Made by a program: the position numbers and the translations under genes. Positions 46,448-55,656 of a DNA stretch of 64,000 nt are shown here, piece after piece. Source of the DNA: Archangium sp. (GTDB lineage: Bacteria; Myxococcota; Myxococcia; Myxococcales; Myxococcaceae); assembly GCA_031367385.1 (NCBI GenBank), contig JANLPS010000358.1, positions 12,976-76,975 of the forward strand. Reading direction: 5' to 3'. The notes under the pieces were generated by a model. The model did no database searches and was not told the origin of the DNA. It worked only from the letters and a program-made list of their open reading frames with translations. Position 1 is the first letter of the stretch, and every line of letters starts with the position of its first letter.

Positions 46448-48048
46448 TGGCCGTCACCCCCACAGGTCCGAAATTCACGGTGCCGAGCGTGGTTCGCATC
46501 GACGCGCCTGAAGCGAAGACGACGCCGCTGCTCGATGAACCCATGACCGACCTCGCGTGGGTGGCTCGCGCGGGCACGCTCCCGCCACCACGCCCCGCGC
46601 CCATCGCTGGCGTCGCGGCGCCGATCGACGCCGAGTTTCCACAGCTCCAGCCGGGCTCGCCGCAGATGGGTACGCTGCGCGAGACGTTGACGAACGACCT
46701 CTTCAGGGCGACCGGCGGAGACCCGGCCAAGCTCGTCGAGGTGCAGCAGGCGGTTGACCGGCTGGCCCCCGCGCTCGCTCAGAGCACCAGCGCCGAAGCG
46801 CAGAAGCTGATCGCCGCGGAGATCAAACGCCTCGTGCCCGACCCCGAGGCACTCAAGGTGACGCTCAAGGTGCAGGGCTACAGCGGCGCCGGCCCGGTGA
46901 TGTCGAAGGGCAACCCGACGGCCGAGGCGTTCTCGGGTGAAGTCGCCAAGCACGTCAGTGGGTCGATTCGCATCGCGCAGTTTGCCATCGGCAATGCGGT
47001 CGTCACTGCCGCCAAAACGGCGCTGGAGGGCGGCGTCACGCCAGACGAGCTCAAGGGTGCGTTTCGCCGCGCGATGAGCATCGAGACGCTCGGGCAGAGC
47101 GCGCGCGGGTTTCGCTCGAGGGCGACGATGGAGGCGAACCTCGCCACCGAGATGCGCCGCACCTTGCGTGCCCAGGGCGTGGCCACCGAACCGCTCGAGG
47201 AGTCGATCTCCAAGCTCTCGGCGAAGGCGGCCGATGCGGTGCTCGAGACCAATGTCAAAAGCCTCGTCGCCAAAGGATTCACCGAGGCGTCGGCGCGCGC
47301 GTACACCTTTGCTCCGAGCGTCGAACACGCGGGAGCTGAGGTCGGCAAGGCCATCTTCCAGGCGATGGGCGACGCCATTCCGGTCGCCGGCTCGAAGATG
47401 CATGCACCGGCAGAGGTCGAAGCGTTCTTCGCGCGTCAGGCCCGAGAAGGGTTCGAGAACCTCGGCAAGAATCTGATCAGTGAGCTGAACGTCACTCCCG
47501 CCGACGCCGAGAAGATCGTGAAACGGGCGATGCCCCTGTTCGCGAAAGAGCTCGCCGCACAGAATGTGCCTCGGGGCGTGGTCGCTTCGATGGCGGCGCT
47601 GGCAAGCGGGCCGAAGCCGGTGCTCAGCAACGCCGATGGAGCCGCCAAGGTCGCGAGCTGGGGTGAGCGGGTCATGGCGCAGCTGCCAACGCCGGTCACG
47701 AATGCGGCCAAGGTCACCGGCGAAGCGGCCCAGAAGCTGCTCACCGCGAACCCCACCTTGGCCAAGGCTTTGCCCTATGTGGGGCGCGTGGTGCCGTATG
47801 TGAACACCCCCATCGCAGGGCTGACGATCGCGCACGCGGTCGACGTGCACAACGACCCCGCCTCGTGGAAGGTGGAGGCCTTGTTGGCCGACGGCGCCGC
47901 GGGTTTGAACCTGATGGCCGCGGGCTCGGCGTATGCGCCGGTGCCGGTGCTCGACTGGGCCGCGAGCTTCACCGGAGGCGCCCTGTCGCTGGGCGTGAGC
48001 GGCCTCGAGTGGGGTACCAGCTCGGTGCGCAAGGCCCTGACGAAGTGA
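46447..48048 (+). CDS. Hypothetical alpha-helical protein with hydrophobic Gly/Ala-rich C-terminus
   Basis: Long ORF with strong codon bias; GTG overlaps the upstream TAG; no signal peptide. Confidence 0.7.
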   Translation: MAVTPTGPKFTVPSVVRIDAPEAKTTPLLDEPMTDLAWVARAGTLPPPRPAPIAGVAAPIDAEFPQLQPGSPQMGTLRETLTNDLFRATGGDPAKLVEVQQAVDRLAPALAQSTSAEAQKLIAAEIKRLVPDPEALKVTLKVQGYSGAGPVMSKGNPTAEAFSGEVAKHVSGSIRIAQFAIGNAVVTAAKTALEGGVTPDELKGAFRRAMSIETLGQSARGFRSRATMEANLATEMRRTLRAQGVATEPLEESISKLSAKAADAVLETNVKSLVAKGFTEASARAYTFAPSVEHAGAEVGKAIFQAMGDAIPVAGSKMHAPAEVEAFFARQAREGFENLGKNLISELNVTPADAEKIVKRAMPLFAKELAAQNVPRGVVASMAALASGPKPVLSNADGAAKVASWGERVMAQLPTPVTNAAKVTGEAAQKLLTANPTLAKALPYVGRVVPYVNTPIAGLTIAHAVDVHNDPASWKVEALLADGAAGLNLMAAGSAYAPVPVLDWAASFTGGALSLGVSGLEWGTSSVRKALTK

Positions 48049-48959
48049 ACCTGCCGGCGCGTGAGGCAGTTCGCGAGCGAATCGAAGTCAGCTCCGGGGT
48101 CGCTCCGCTCTCGGCGGCGAGCCTGGGCGTGCGGCTGGGGTTGCTTCGAATCGCCAATGCCAAGCGGGTCGCGCTGGCCAGCACAGAAGCCATCGGCAAG
48201 GGCTGCGAGGTCGCGTTGAGCTCGGTCTGCGTCTCGGCTGGCGGCGCCGTGCCCTTGAGCGCGCTCGTCGACGCGCAGGTGGTGGTCGGCGAGCTGCCTG
48301 ACAATGATCTGCTGTCGTTCGAGCTGGCGGGCAAGCGGGCTCCCGCGACCTTCAGCTTTGCCTCGAAGGTGCCAGTGCTGTTCGCGTTGCCCGCGTTGCG
48401 TGGGCAGTCGGTCACCCAGCAGCTGTGGGTGAAGTCGGCGATGCGGTTGGTGTTGTCACCGGTGGGCGAGGCGAATGACGCGCTCTCGAAGGAGCTCGCG
48501 GCGGAGCGGGCACAGGCCGTCGCGGCGAGCGCTTCAGAGCGGGTCATCGAGGTGCTCGCGGGCCGGCTGGGGTTCGTGCCAACCCAGGCCTCCCTTCACG
48601 CGCGCGCGCTGGAGATGTGGACCGCCATCGACAAGCCGCGGCTCTCGGCGCTCGGCTTCGATGAGGCGTTTCTTCGTCGGTCGCAAGGCGTGTGGGTGGC
48701 GACTCCCGACATTCTCGACTGGGCGCGTCGGCAGCTGATGGCGAAGGCCGTGCTCTTCGCGCTCTTCGAAGCGGGAGTGCTCGACGCCGATTCAGCCGCC
48801 GCCGAGGCCGCGACGACCCTTCGCAGCGTTGGGTTTGGGTCGGAGGTCTTGGCCGCGGCCGGTGACGCGCGGGCCGAGGCGCTCTACGCGCAGAGCGTTC
48901 TCATCGTGGCACGTCGACATCTGATGCGGCTGCCCTGCGTGGCGATTTTCGACGAGTGA
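48045..48959 (+). CDS. Hypothetical protein
   Basis: GTGA overlap with the previous gene; ~304 aa. Confidence 0.6.
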   Translation: MNLPAREAVRERIEVSSGVAPLSAASLGVRLGLLRIANAKRVALASTEAIGKGCEVALSSVCVSAGGAVPLSALVDAQVVVGELPDNDLLSFELAGKRAPATFSFASKVPVLFALPALRGQSVTQQLWVKSAMRLVLSPVGEANDALSKELAAERAQAVAASASERVIEVLAGRLGFVPTQASLHARALEMWTAIDKPRLSALGFDEAFLRRSQGVWVATPDILDWARRQLMAKAVLFALFEAGVLDADSAAAEAATTLRSVGFGSEVLAAAGDARAEALYAQSVLIVARRHLMRLPCVAIFDE

Positions 48960-49374
48960 GCGAGGCGCCGAGCCACACGGCGAAGACTGACCAGGCAATG
49001 AAGGCGATCATCGGCAGGTGCCTGAGCGCGGGGTGCGCCTCGTGCCCGAGCCCGAGCAGAAACGCGGCGGCGGTGAAGTACCCGAGCCGCTTCAACCACG
49101 CTGAAGCGATGACGCTGCTGATCAGGCCGGTCCACACGGCGAGGGTGAGCTGGCCCACGAACTCTCCGAGCATGGCTCCGAACAAACGGTGTTGAACGAT
49201 GTAGGCAATCGAGATCATCGGCCGTGCTTCCGGCGAGTCGACATACACCTCGCTCGCCTCGCGCTCGAGAATGGCCGGGTAGTCGAACGTCGCCGTGAGC
49301 ATCGTGAACGGCACCTGCAGCAACAGCGGGAAGGAGATCAACCCCAGCCCGACCCAGCGTCTGTGTGTATTCAT
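48901..49374 (-). CDS. DUF4386-like membrane protein, probably internally deleted
   Basis: PF..L...FDYP.IL...A.EV, G..LGE..G...L..W and F..WS.W motifs; the middle TM segments appear to be missing. Confidence 0.55.
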   Translation of the reverse strand: MNTHRRWVGLGLISFPLLLQVPFTMLTATFDYPAILEREASEVYVDSPEARPMISIAYIVQHRLFGAMLGEFVGQLTLAVWTGLISSVIASAWLKRLGYFTAAAFLLGLGHEAHPALRHLPMIAFIAWSVFAVWLGASLTRRKSPRRAAASDVDVPR

Positions 49375-49391
49375 GGGTGCGCTCTTTTCGC

Positions 49392-49868
49392 TCAGTAGGG
49401 AATGGCCCAGCCGATGCCTGGCGTCGGGGCGAACCTCAGCCGGCCATCGAACCCGAGCAGCGCTGAAGCCCCGAGCCGAATGTCCAACCCGCGCCAGGCC
49501 GCCCAGCGAAAGCCGAGCTCCAGGCTCACTCCTGCGCCGTGGGTCACTGACTTCGAGACGTCCCAGTCGTTGTTGAGCCCTTGCACCAGCGAGAGCGCCG
49601 CGTACGGGCTCGACTTGCGGCCCGAGCCGGTGTCGAACCCGAGCGGGTACGCCGAGACACCGAACTTCAAGAACCGGGTGGTGCGTGAGCTGCCATCGGG
49701 GCCGTTGTCGACGATGCCCGGGTACACGCCGACGTGAACGCCGAAGAAGCCCTCGCGAAATTCGACTCCAGTTGATGGCGTGCGGAACAGATTGATGATC
49801 ACCTCACGGTCGCTTTGGGCGCGTGCGGTGGGGGTGAGAAGCAACAGGCCGAGAATGAGTGTCTTCAT
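49392..49868 (-). CDS. Small secreted / outer-membrane beta-barrel-like protein
   Basis: Signal peptide (ARA/Q); alternating hydrophobic strands; C-terminal aromatic residue. Confidence 0.65.
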   Translation of the reverse strand: MKTLILGLLLLTPTARAQSDREVIINLFRTPSTGVEFREGFFGVHVGVYPGIVDNGPDGSSRTTRFLKFGVSAYPLGFDTGSGRKSSPYAALSLVQGLNNDWDVSKSVTHGAGVSLELGFRWAAWRGLDIRLGASALLGFDGRLRFAPTPGIGWAIPY

Positions 49869-49921
49869 CTCGCGCACCCTGCGTCATCGACGGCTTCTGG
49901 CCGTTGACCGGGAGCGACAAA

Positions 49922-50962
49922 CTATCGGCGCTTCGCGACAGCTCGGGCGCGTTGCTCGGCGGGGGTGCGGCCCGTCCACCGCTTGAAGGCTCGGTGAAAG
50001 GCGCTGGTCTCGGCGTACCCGAGCAAGAACGCGACTTCTCCGATGGCGAGTCGGTTCTCGGCGAGCAACCGCTCGGCCAACGTGCGTCGCGCTTCTTCGA
50101 GCAGGCCCGTCACCGAGACGTTTTCTTCAAAGAGCCGGCGTTGCAGGGTGCGCGGGTGCATGCCCAGCTTCGCAGCGACGTGGTCTGCCGTCGGGGCGCC
50201 CTGCTCGAGGCCGACCACCAACAAGCGACGCACGTCGGCGACCAGCCCGTCGTCGGCGGCGGGCAATTTCGCGAGCGATTGCTGCGCGTACCGGTCGAGG
50301 TACGCGGCGACGCCGGAGTGCTTCTCGGCGATCGGCAACTCGAGCACTCTCGCTTCGAGCGTGACCACGGTTTCGACCGCGTCGAAGGTCGGCTCGACTC
50401 CGAAGAACTTCTTGAGGCGCTTGGTCGACGCAGGCGCAGGGTGCCGAAACGCGACCGCTTCGACGCGAATGTTCGCGCGGGTCGCCAGGCGCGCGACTCC
50501 GAGCACGAGCGCCGCCGAGTACTCAGAGACGTGACGAGGCACCGGGTGCAACAACCCCCGACACCCGGGAAAAACGAGCAGCTCGTGGCCGCGCACTTCG
50601 TATTCGACCCGGCCCGCGTCGTGGAGAATTCGGTTGTAGCGAACGACCCGGTCGAGCAGCTCGCGGAGGTTGACGCTGTTGACGGCCAGGTGGCCCAGCA
50701 CGTCGAGGCCTTCGAGGTCGAGGTGCTCGGCGACATCGAGCCCCAAGTGCGGGGCCTGCAGCGCGGTGGCCAGCGCGTCCCACTGGGTGTGGCTCACGGG
50801 TTGAGAGACTCGCGCGTCAGGTGCCGCGAGCCCACGCCGGTCGAGGCCGAGCTGCCTTTCGAGGGCGTCGAGCTTCAGGCCGTGGGCGTCGCCAAAACGC
50901 AAGAGCGAGAGAATCGCGCTGCCCGCGACGGTGTACCGGGGCTGTCGCGCGGGCGCTGACAT
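49922..50962 (-). CDS. AraC-family transcriptional regulator (N-terminal Arabinose_bd_2-like domain)
   Basis: PDARV, P.LGL, V.F.HP.P, FFG..P.F; VA.KLGMHPRTLQRRL; EVAFLLGY.E.SAFHRAFKRWTG.TP. Confidence 0.93.
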   Translation of the reverse strand: MSAPARQPRYTVAGSAILSLLRFGDAHGLKLDALERQLGLDRRGLAAPDARVSQPVSHTQWDALATALQAPHLGLDVAEHLDLEGLDVLGHLAVNSVNLRELLDRVVRYNRILHDAGRVEYEVRGHELLVFPGCRGLLHPVPRHVSEYSAALVLGVARLATRANIRVEAVAFRHPAPASTKRLKKFFGVEPTFDAVETVVTLEARVLELPIAEKHSGVAAYLDRYAQQSLAKLPAADDGLVADVRRLLVVGLEQGAPTADHVAAKLGMHPRTLQRRLFEENVSVTGLLEEARRTLAERLLAENRLAIGEVAFLLGYAETSAFHRAFKRWTGRTPAEQRARAVAKRR

Positions 50963-51095
50963 GCTGAGGTGGTCTTACACGACGAGGCCGATGTCTGCCG
51001 ACGTGAGGGCGGCATGAGCAGCAACCGCGACGGCCCATCGCGCCGGTATGAATCGGCGCTTCGGCCGCGCACTCTTTGGCGGCGCAAACTGCCTG

Positions 51096-51135
51096 CTGAA
51101 TGCACTGCATTCAGAAATCTGAATGCATGCATTCA
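51096..51135. promoter_or_regulatory. Two tandem palindromes TGAATGCA-N(1/0)-TGCATTCA
   Basis: CTGAATGCACTGCATTCAG (51096-51114) and TGAATGCATGCATTCA (51120-51135), upstream of the AraC gene and downstream of pomX. Confidence 0.55.
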
Positions 51136-51220
51136 TCGAAATCTGTAGTGAAATCGAGATCTTGGCTCTGCGCCGCCTTGAGACCGTTGAGCACTGACGA
51201 TTGCCAGGTCAACCCGGAGG

Positions 51221-52345
51221 CTACTTGAGCGCGGCTTGGCTCAGCGCGCGGTGCACGGCTTCGAGCGCCTTGCGGGCCTCGAGCAGCTCGGCACGTTCGC
51301 GGGTCAAGTCTGAGACCTGGCGAGCCAAGGTGTCGCGCTCACCCTTCAACGCATCGGCGGCGCGGCGAAGACCGCTCATCGATTCTTGAGCGCTCTCGAG
51401 CTCAGAGGCCAGCCGCTCTTCTTCGGCGAGCGACTCGTTCAAATCGGCGTCGCGCTTGAGCAGCTCATTGTGCAGCTCGAGCTTCTCGCTCGCGCCAGCC
51501 TCGAGCGCCTGCCGCGACTCCTGCAACGCGAGCAGCGCTTCGTTGCGCTCCGACTCGAGTGACTCGAGCTCGCGCTCCAGGTCGGAGAGCAGCTTGACCC
51601 GGCCCTCCATCTCGCTCGACAGGCGACGCGCCTCGTCCATTCGCAGGCGGGCCTCTTCGGTCGCCCGCTCAGCCTGGCGTCGCGCGGCCTCGAGGTCTTG
51701 CGCCAGCGCCAAGTTCATCGCGCGCGACTTGGTCAGCTCGCTCTGCAGCGCTGAGATGCGCTCGACGGCGAGCACTCCGGCCTCGGCCACCGTCTCGGGC
51801 AACGGCTCGGGCCGCGGGTTCTCACGAACGGCGCGCAGCCGCTCACGCAGCCGCTCGCGGCGCTCACCCTGGTCAGCCTCGGCGGGCGCGCTGGGCGCCT
51901 GCACTTCGGTGACCGTCGCGGGCGCTTCAGCATGGGCTCGGGTGTGCATCACAGGCGGGGCCTCCACGGGTTTCTTCACGGCTTCAATTGGCATCACAGC
52001 GACGGGCGCGGGCGCACTGACCTCGGCCCTCGCTTCGTACACCGTGGTCAACTCTTCGACGACGCGCGCGCTCATCAGCGGCGAGGCCACCGCGCTGGGC
52101 GCCTCGATGGCCTGCTGCAGGGCCTCGCTCGCGGTCACCCGGGTGGTGCGCGCGACCTGCCTCGAGCGAAGGGCCGAGGTGAGATCAGGGTTGTTCTCAC
52201 TGCGCGCGACCTGCTCGGCGATCGCCTCGACCGCTGCGTCGAGCGCCGCTGATTCGTGCGCGACCGATTCACCCCCGCCGCCGAAAGCGCCCAATCGAAC
52301 CCGCGGTTTCGCCCGCGAGACGTTTGCGTCAAATGCCTTTTTCAT
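51221..52345 (-). CDS. pomX: PomX, cell-division positioning scaffold
   Basis: N-terminal MKKAFDANVSRAKPRVRLG matches the PomX activating peptide; Ala/Pro-rich linker; long C-terminal coiled coil; follows the ParA-like gene. Confidence 0.88.
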   Translation of the reverse strand: MKKAFDANVSRAKPRVRLGAFGGGGESVAHESAALDAAVEAIAEQVARSENNPDLTSALRSRQVARTTRVTASEALQQAIEAPSAVASPLMSARVVEELTTVYEARAEVSAPAPVAVMPIEAVKKPVEAPPVMHTRAHAEAPATVTEVQAPSAPAEADQGERRERLRERLRAVRENPRPEPLPETVAEAGVLAVERISALQSELTKSRAMNLALAQDLEAARRQAERATEEARLRMDEARRLSSEMEGRVKLLSDLERELESLESERNEALLALQESRQALEAGASEKLELHNELLKRDADLNESLAEEERLASELESAQESMSGLRRAADALKGERDTLARQVSDLTRERAELLEARKALEAVHRALSQAALK

Positions 52346-52365
52346 GGTGACCTTTCGAAGTGGCG

Positions 52366-53313
52366 CTAGGCCGATTTCGCGTGCGCTTCGGGTTTCTTGG
52401 CTGCCAACCGCTTCAAGATTTCGGTGATCAACGCTTGAATATCGCTCGCGCCCTTCGAGTAGCGGTCGAAGCGAAAAATCGGAGTGCCCTCGCTCGAGGC
52501 CTGCGCGAACCGCGTGCACTGGCGAACGACCTGCGGCATCAAGAATTCGGGGTAGTGCGTCTTGAGCGCCTCGAGCGCCTCTTTCGAGAGCTTGAAGGTG
52601 GCGTTGAACGAGTTGACCACGATGAAGACGTGATCGAGCACGTGACCTAGATCGTCTTCGAGGCTCTGCACGGTCTCGAAGAGCAGCTTGAGGCCGTGAA
52701 ACGAGAGAAAGTCGGCCAGCACCGGCACGATCAAATCGTCGGCCGCCATCAGCGCGTTCAGGTTGAGCAGCCCGAACGAAGGAGGCGCGTCGAAGATGAT
52801 GAAGTCGTAGTGGGCCTCGACCTCTTTGAGCGCGTTTCGAAGCTTGAACTCGCGGCCGGCCATCGGCATCAACGCCAGGTCGACGGTCGACATCGACAGG
52901 TTCGACGGCACGAAGTCGAGGTTGGGCAGCTGGGTCTTTTGAATCACCTGCGAGATCGGCGCCTTCTTCACCAGCACGTCGAGCAAGGTGGCCTTGAAGT
53001 CTTCGCCTTCGAAGCCGAGGCACTTGGTGGCGTGGCCCTGCGAGTCGAGGTCGACCAACAGCACGCCGTAGCCCATTTCGGCCATGCGGTAGGCGTAGCT
53101 GGTCGAGAGCGAGGTCTTGCCGGTGCCGCCCTTGAAGTTCAAGAACAGCTGCTTGCGGGTGCCGAGGGCGGGCGGCTCGAGCTGAAGCTTGCCGCGGAGC
53201 TCCCACACGTCTTCTGGGGTGTATCGCTCTTTCTTGAGCGCGGTACCCAGCGACTTGGTCGCGATGCCGAGAATCTCGGCGGTCTCTTTGGGCGTGTAGA
53301 AGAGCGTGTCCAT
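52366..53313 (-). CDS. pomZ: PomZ, ParA/MinD-family ATPase
   Basis: Deviant Walker A FKGGTGKTS, VDLDSQGH, FD.PPS.G; N-terminal HTH-like extension; lies between pomY and pomX. Confidence 0.9.
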   Translation of the reverse strand: MDTLFYTPKETAEILGIATKSLGTALKKERYTPEDVWELRGKLQLEPPALGTRKQLFLNFKGGTGKTSLSTSYAYRMAEMGYGVLLVDLDSQGHATKCLGFEGEDFKATLLDVLVKKAPISQVIQKTQLPNLDFVPSNLSMSTVDLALMPMAGREFKLRNALKEVEAHYDFIIFDAPPSFGLLNLNALMAADDLIVPVLADFLSFHGLKLLFETVQSLEDDLGHVLDHVFIVVNSFNATFKLSKEALEALKTHYPEFLMPQVVRQCTRFAQASSEGTPIFRFDRYSKGASDIQALITEILKRLAAKKPEAHAKSA

Positions 53314-53323
53314 GCTTTCACCT

Positions 53324-55387
53324 TCAGGCAACGAAATATTTGTGACCGCGACGAACGACCTGGCCTTGCGCGAGCAACGCCGACAATGCGTGGAGCGTCT
53401 GGGGGCCCGACGCGTTGATGCCTGTTGAAAGCTCGTCGACCGGGCGCCCGCGTATCGAGGCACGCAGCTCGCGCATCACGCCCTCGAGCAGCTCGGGGCT
53501 GACAGCGGGGGTCGCTTCGGCGACTTCTTCGACTTCGAGCACCGCGACACGAGATTTGAGCGAGGCGGTCGCCGCGGCGGCGGGGCTGGTGGCCGCGCGC
53601 ATCGGCTGCGCAGAGGTGCGCTGGGCCGCGCTGGAGTGCGGGGAGGTCTGTGTGAATTCTGACGCTCCTGCGGAGGGGTCAGGTGCCTGCGTGGTCGGAG
53701 CTGGCTGTGACGACGCTGCGGTGGTCGATGCGATACCTGCTTGAGACGATGTGCCAGCGGCGTGCTCGAGCTGCGAATGCCCGACCCGCGGTGCGGGAGC
53801 CTCTACTTGCTGCGAACTGGCCGCGACGCGATTGCCCTGCGCAGCCTGCGACGCCGAAACGACTTCCGCCTGCTGCGAAGCGCGCGCTGGTCGCGGCCCC
53901 TGCGACTCAGAGACCTGCGCGAACTCGACGTCTGCGTGCTGCGAGCTGGCCGCGACGCGATTGCCTTGCGCACCCGGCGACGATGCAGCGAGCGGCTGTG
54001 CAAGCTGCGAAATCTGAGCCTGCGCCGAAGTGCTGAACGCCTGCGCGACCGGCGACTGCGAGGCGTGCGCCGGGTTGACGCCTGAGCGCGACGTCACTGA
54101 ACCTGCGACGGCCTGTGCAGCGGTTGCCGCCGCGCACATCGCCGACCCGAGGGCCTTCGCCGAGGGCGTGAAGCTCTGAACCGGCCGCGCCGGCTCGTTC
54201 ACCAACCGCCGAACCTCACGCCGCCGTTGCGCCGCGTCGAGAGAAACCAGCCCGGTCACGTCACGACCCAGCAGCCGTGACATCGCCTGGCTCGCCGAGC
54301 GTCGCACGCGCAGATCAGGGTCTCGCATCGCATCGAGCAACGCACCGCGCGCCGACTCTGCGCCGCTGGCTCCGAGCACCAACGCCGCGAGCGAGCGAAC
54401 ATCGGCCACCGGGTCACGAATCGCCTGCTCACCCAGCGACAGCGCCGCCGTGCCAGTCAACCCGAGCGCCAACAACGACGCGCGCCGCCGAACCGCGGAG
54501 TCATGGTCTTTCATCGCCGCGGCCAGGTGGGGGCCCGCTTGCGCCGCGTCGAGCACCAGCAACGCCTTGAGCGCCGCGATGCGAACGTCGGGCGACGGCG
54601 AGGTCAAATGCGGCTGCACGACCGGCACCGCTTCTTCATGCGCCAGCCCCGACAGCGCTCCCAAGAAAGCCACCAACGCCGCGGGCTCGCTCTCGCAGTT
54701 GAGCGCCGTCGCCAACGCCGGAGCCGCCGCCGGGTGCGCGAGGGCCTTGAGCCGCTCCGCCGCACGAACCCGCGCCTGCACGTCGACCGCCGAAAGCTCG
54801 CGCACCGAGAACCCGAACAACGTCTCTTCAGACCGCCCGGGAAACGACTGCGCCCCGCCAAGCTCGGCCAGCTGCTCGGCCGAGACGTTCAACCGGCCCT
54901 GCGCGCGAAGCTCGTTCGCGACCGCGGTCACCCCCGGTGACATCTGCGGCGCGACGCTCGGGCTCACCGCTGACGGCGCCACCGCGACCGGCACCAGCTG
55001 CCCGTTTTCTCGCTTCAAAATCACTTCACTGCGCAGCTCGGCGATGAACTGCGCCAAGTCGAAGTCTTCGAGCTCCTGGCCAGAGCGTTGAATGCGCGAG
55101 GCCTCGAGCATCTTGCCAATCAGCTCGGCGCGCTCCCGGCGCAGGGCCTCGGTCACTCTCGCCGAGTCTTCTCGCTCGGCGTGTGCGCGCGTCGACCGAA
55201 CCTCGAGCTCGGCGATGACCCGCCGCAGCTCGATCTCCCGCTGGGCCGCGGCGCCCAAGTCGGCCTTCAGGCGCTCGACCTCAGCCCGGGTATGACCGAG
55301 ATCATTCGACAACTGAGTCGAGCGGGCTTCGAAATAAACGATCTTTTCGAGCGCGCTCTTCAACAAGGCTTCGGGCGTGTCACTCAC
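53324..55387 (-). CDS. pomY: PomY (coiled coil, HEAT repeats, disordered linker, short C-terminal domain)
   Basis: LLKSALEKIVYFE coiled coil; HEAT repeats D....VR..A; S/Q/A-rich low-complexity region; synteny with pomZ and pomX. Confidence 0.85.
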   Translation of the reverse strand: MSDTPEALLKSALEKIVYFEARSTQLSNDLGHTRAEVERLKADLGAAAQREIELRRVIAELEVRSTRAHAEREDSARVTEALRRERAELIGKMLEASRIQRSGQELEDFDLAQFIAELRSEVILKRENGQLVPVAVAPSAVSPSVAPQMSPGVTAVANELRAQGRLNVSAEQLAELGGAQSFPGRSEETLFGFSVRELSAVDVQARVRAAERLKALAHPAAAPALATALNCESEPAALVAFLGALSGLAHEEAVPVVQPHLTSPSPDVRIAALKALLVLDAAQAGPHLAAAMKDHDSAVRRRASLLALGLTGTAALSLGEQAIRDPVADVRSLAALVLGASGAESARGALLDAMRDPDLRVRRSASQAMSRLLGRDVTGLVSLDAAQRRREVRRLVNEPARPVQSFTPSAKALGSAMCAAATAAQAVAGSVTSRSGVNPAHASQSPVAQAFSTSAQAQISQLAQPLAASSPGAQGNRVAASSQHADVEFAQVSESQGPRPARASQQAEVVSASQAAQGNRVAASSQQVEAPAPRVGHSQLEHAAGTSSQAGIASTTAASSQPAPTTQAPDPSAGASEFTQTSPHSSAAQRTSAQPMRAATSPAAAATASLKSRVAVLEVEEVAEATPAVSPELLEGVMRELRASIRGRPVDELSTGINASGPQTLHALSALLAQGQVVRRGHKYFVA
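53808..53972 (-). repeat. 36-bp direct repeat within the pomY disordered region (AQGNRVAASSQ x2)
   Basis: 53808-53843 vs 53937-53972, two mismatches. Confidence 0.85.
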
Positions 55388-55656
55388 CGTGGGTTCGCCC
55401 TCCAATCGATCAACGTAAGGTACAGGCCTGTAGCGCCGTGTCTTCTTTTTGACCGGCGCAAGCCTCTGCGTCAGGCTTAGAGGCCAGCGCCTGGCGCACC
55501 CTATGATGCGTGATCTTCAATGTAAACCACTGGAAACAATGGGTTTTTACGCAGCACCCACACCATGCGCATTTGAGGCCGGTAAATCGGCCCTCGGAGC
55601 GTTTGTTCAGTACCCTCGTCATTCTTCTTCGAAGTGACCGCGCAGGAGCGCCTCTC

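Noticed and set aside
52346..53206. N-terminal extension of the 661-aa ORF upstream of pomX
   Set aside because: Overlaps pomZ in another frame; the PomX peptide defines the start at 52345.
52366..53313. Plasmid or prophage partition ParA
   Set aside because: Flanked by pomX- and pomY-like genes, with no parB or mobile-element genes.
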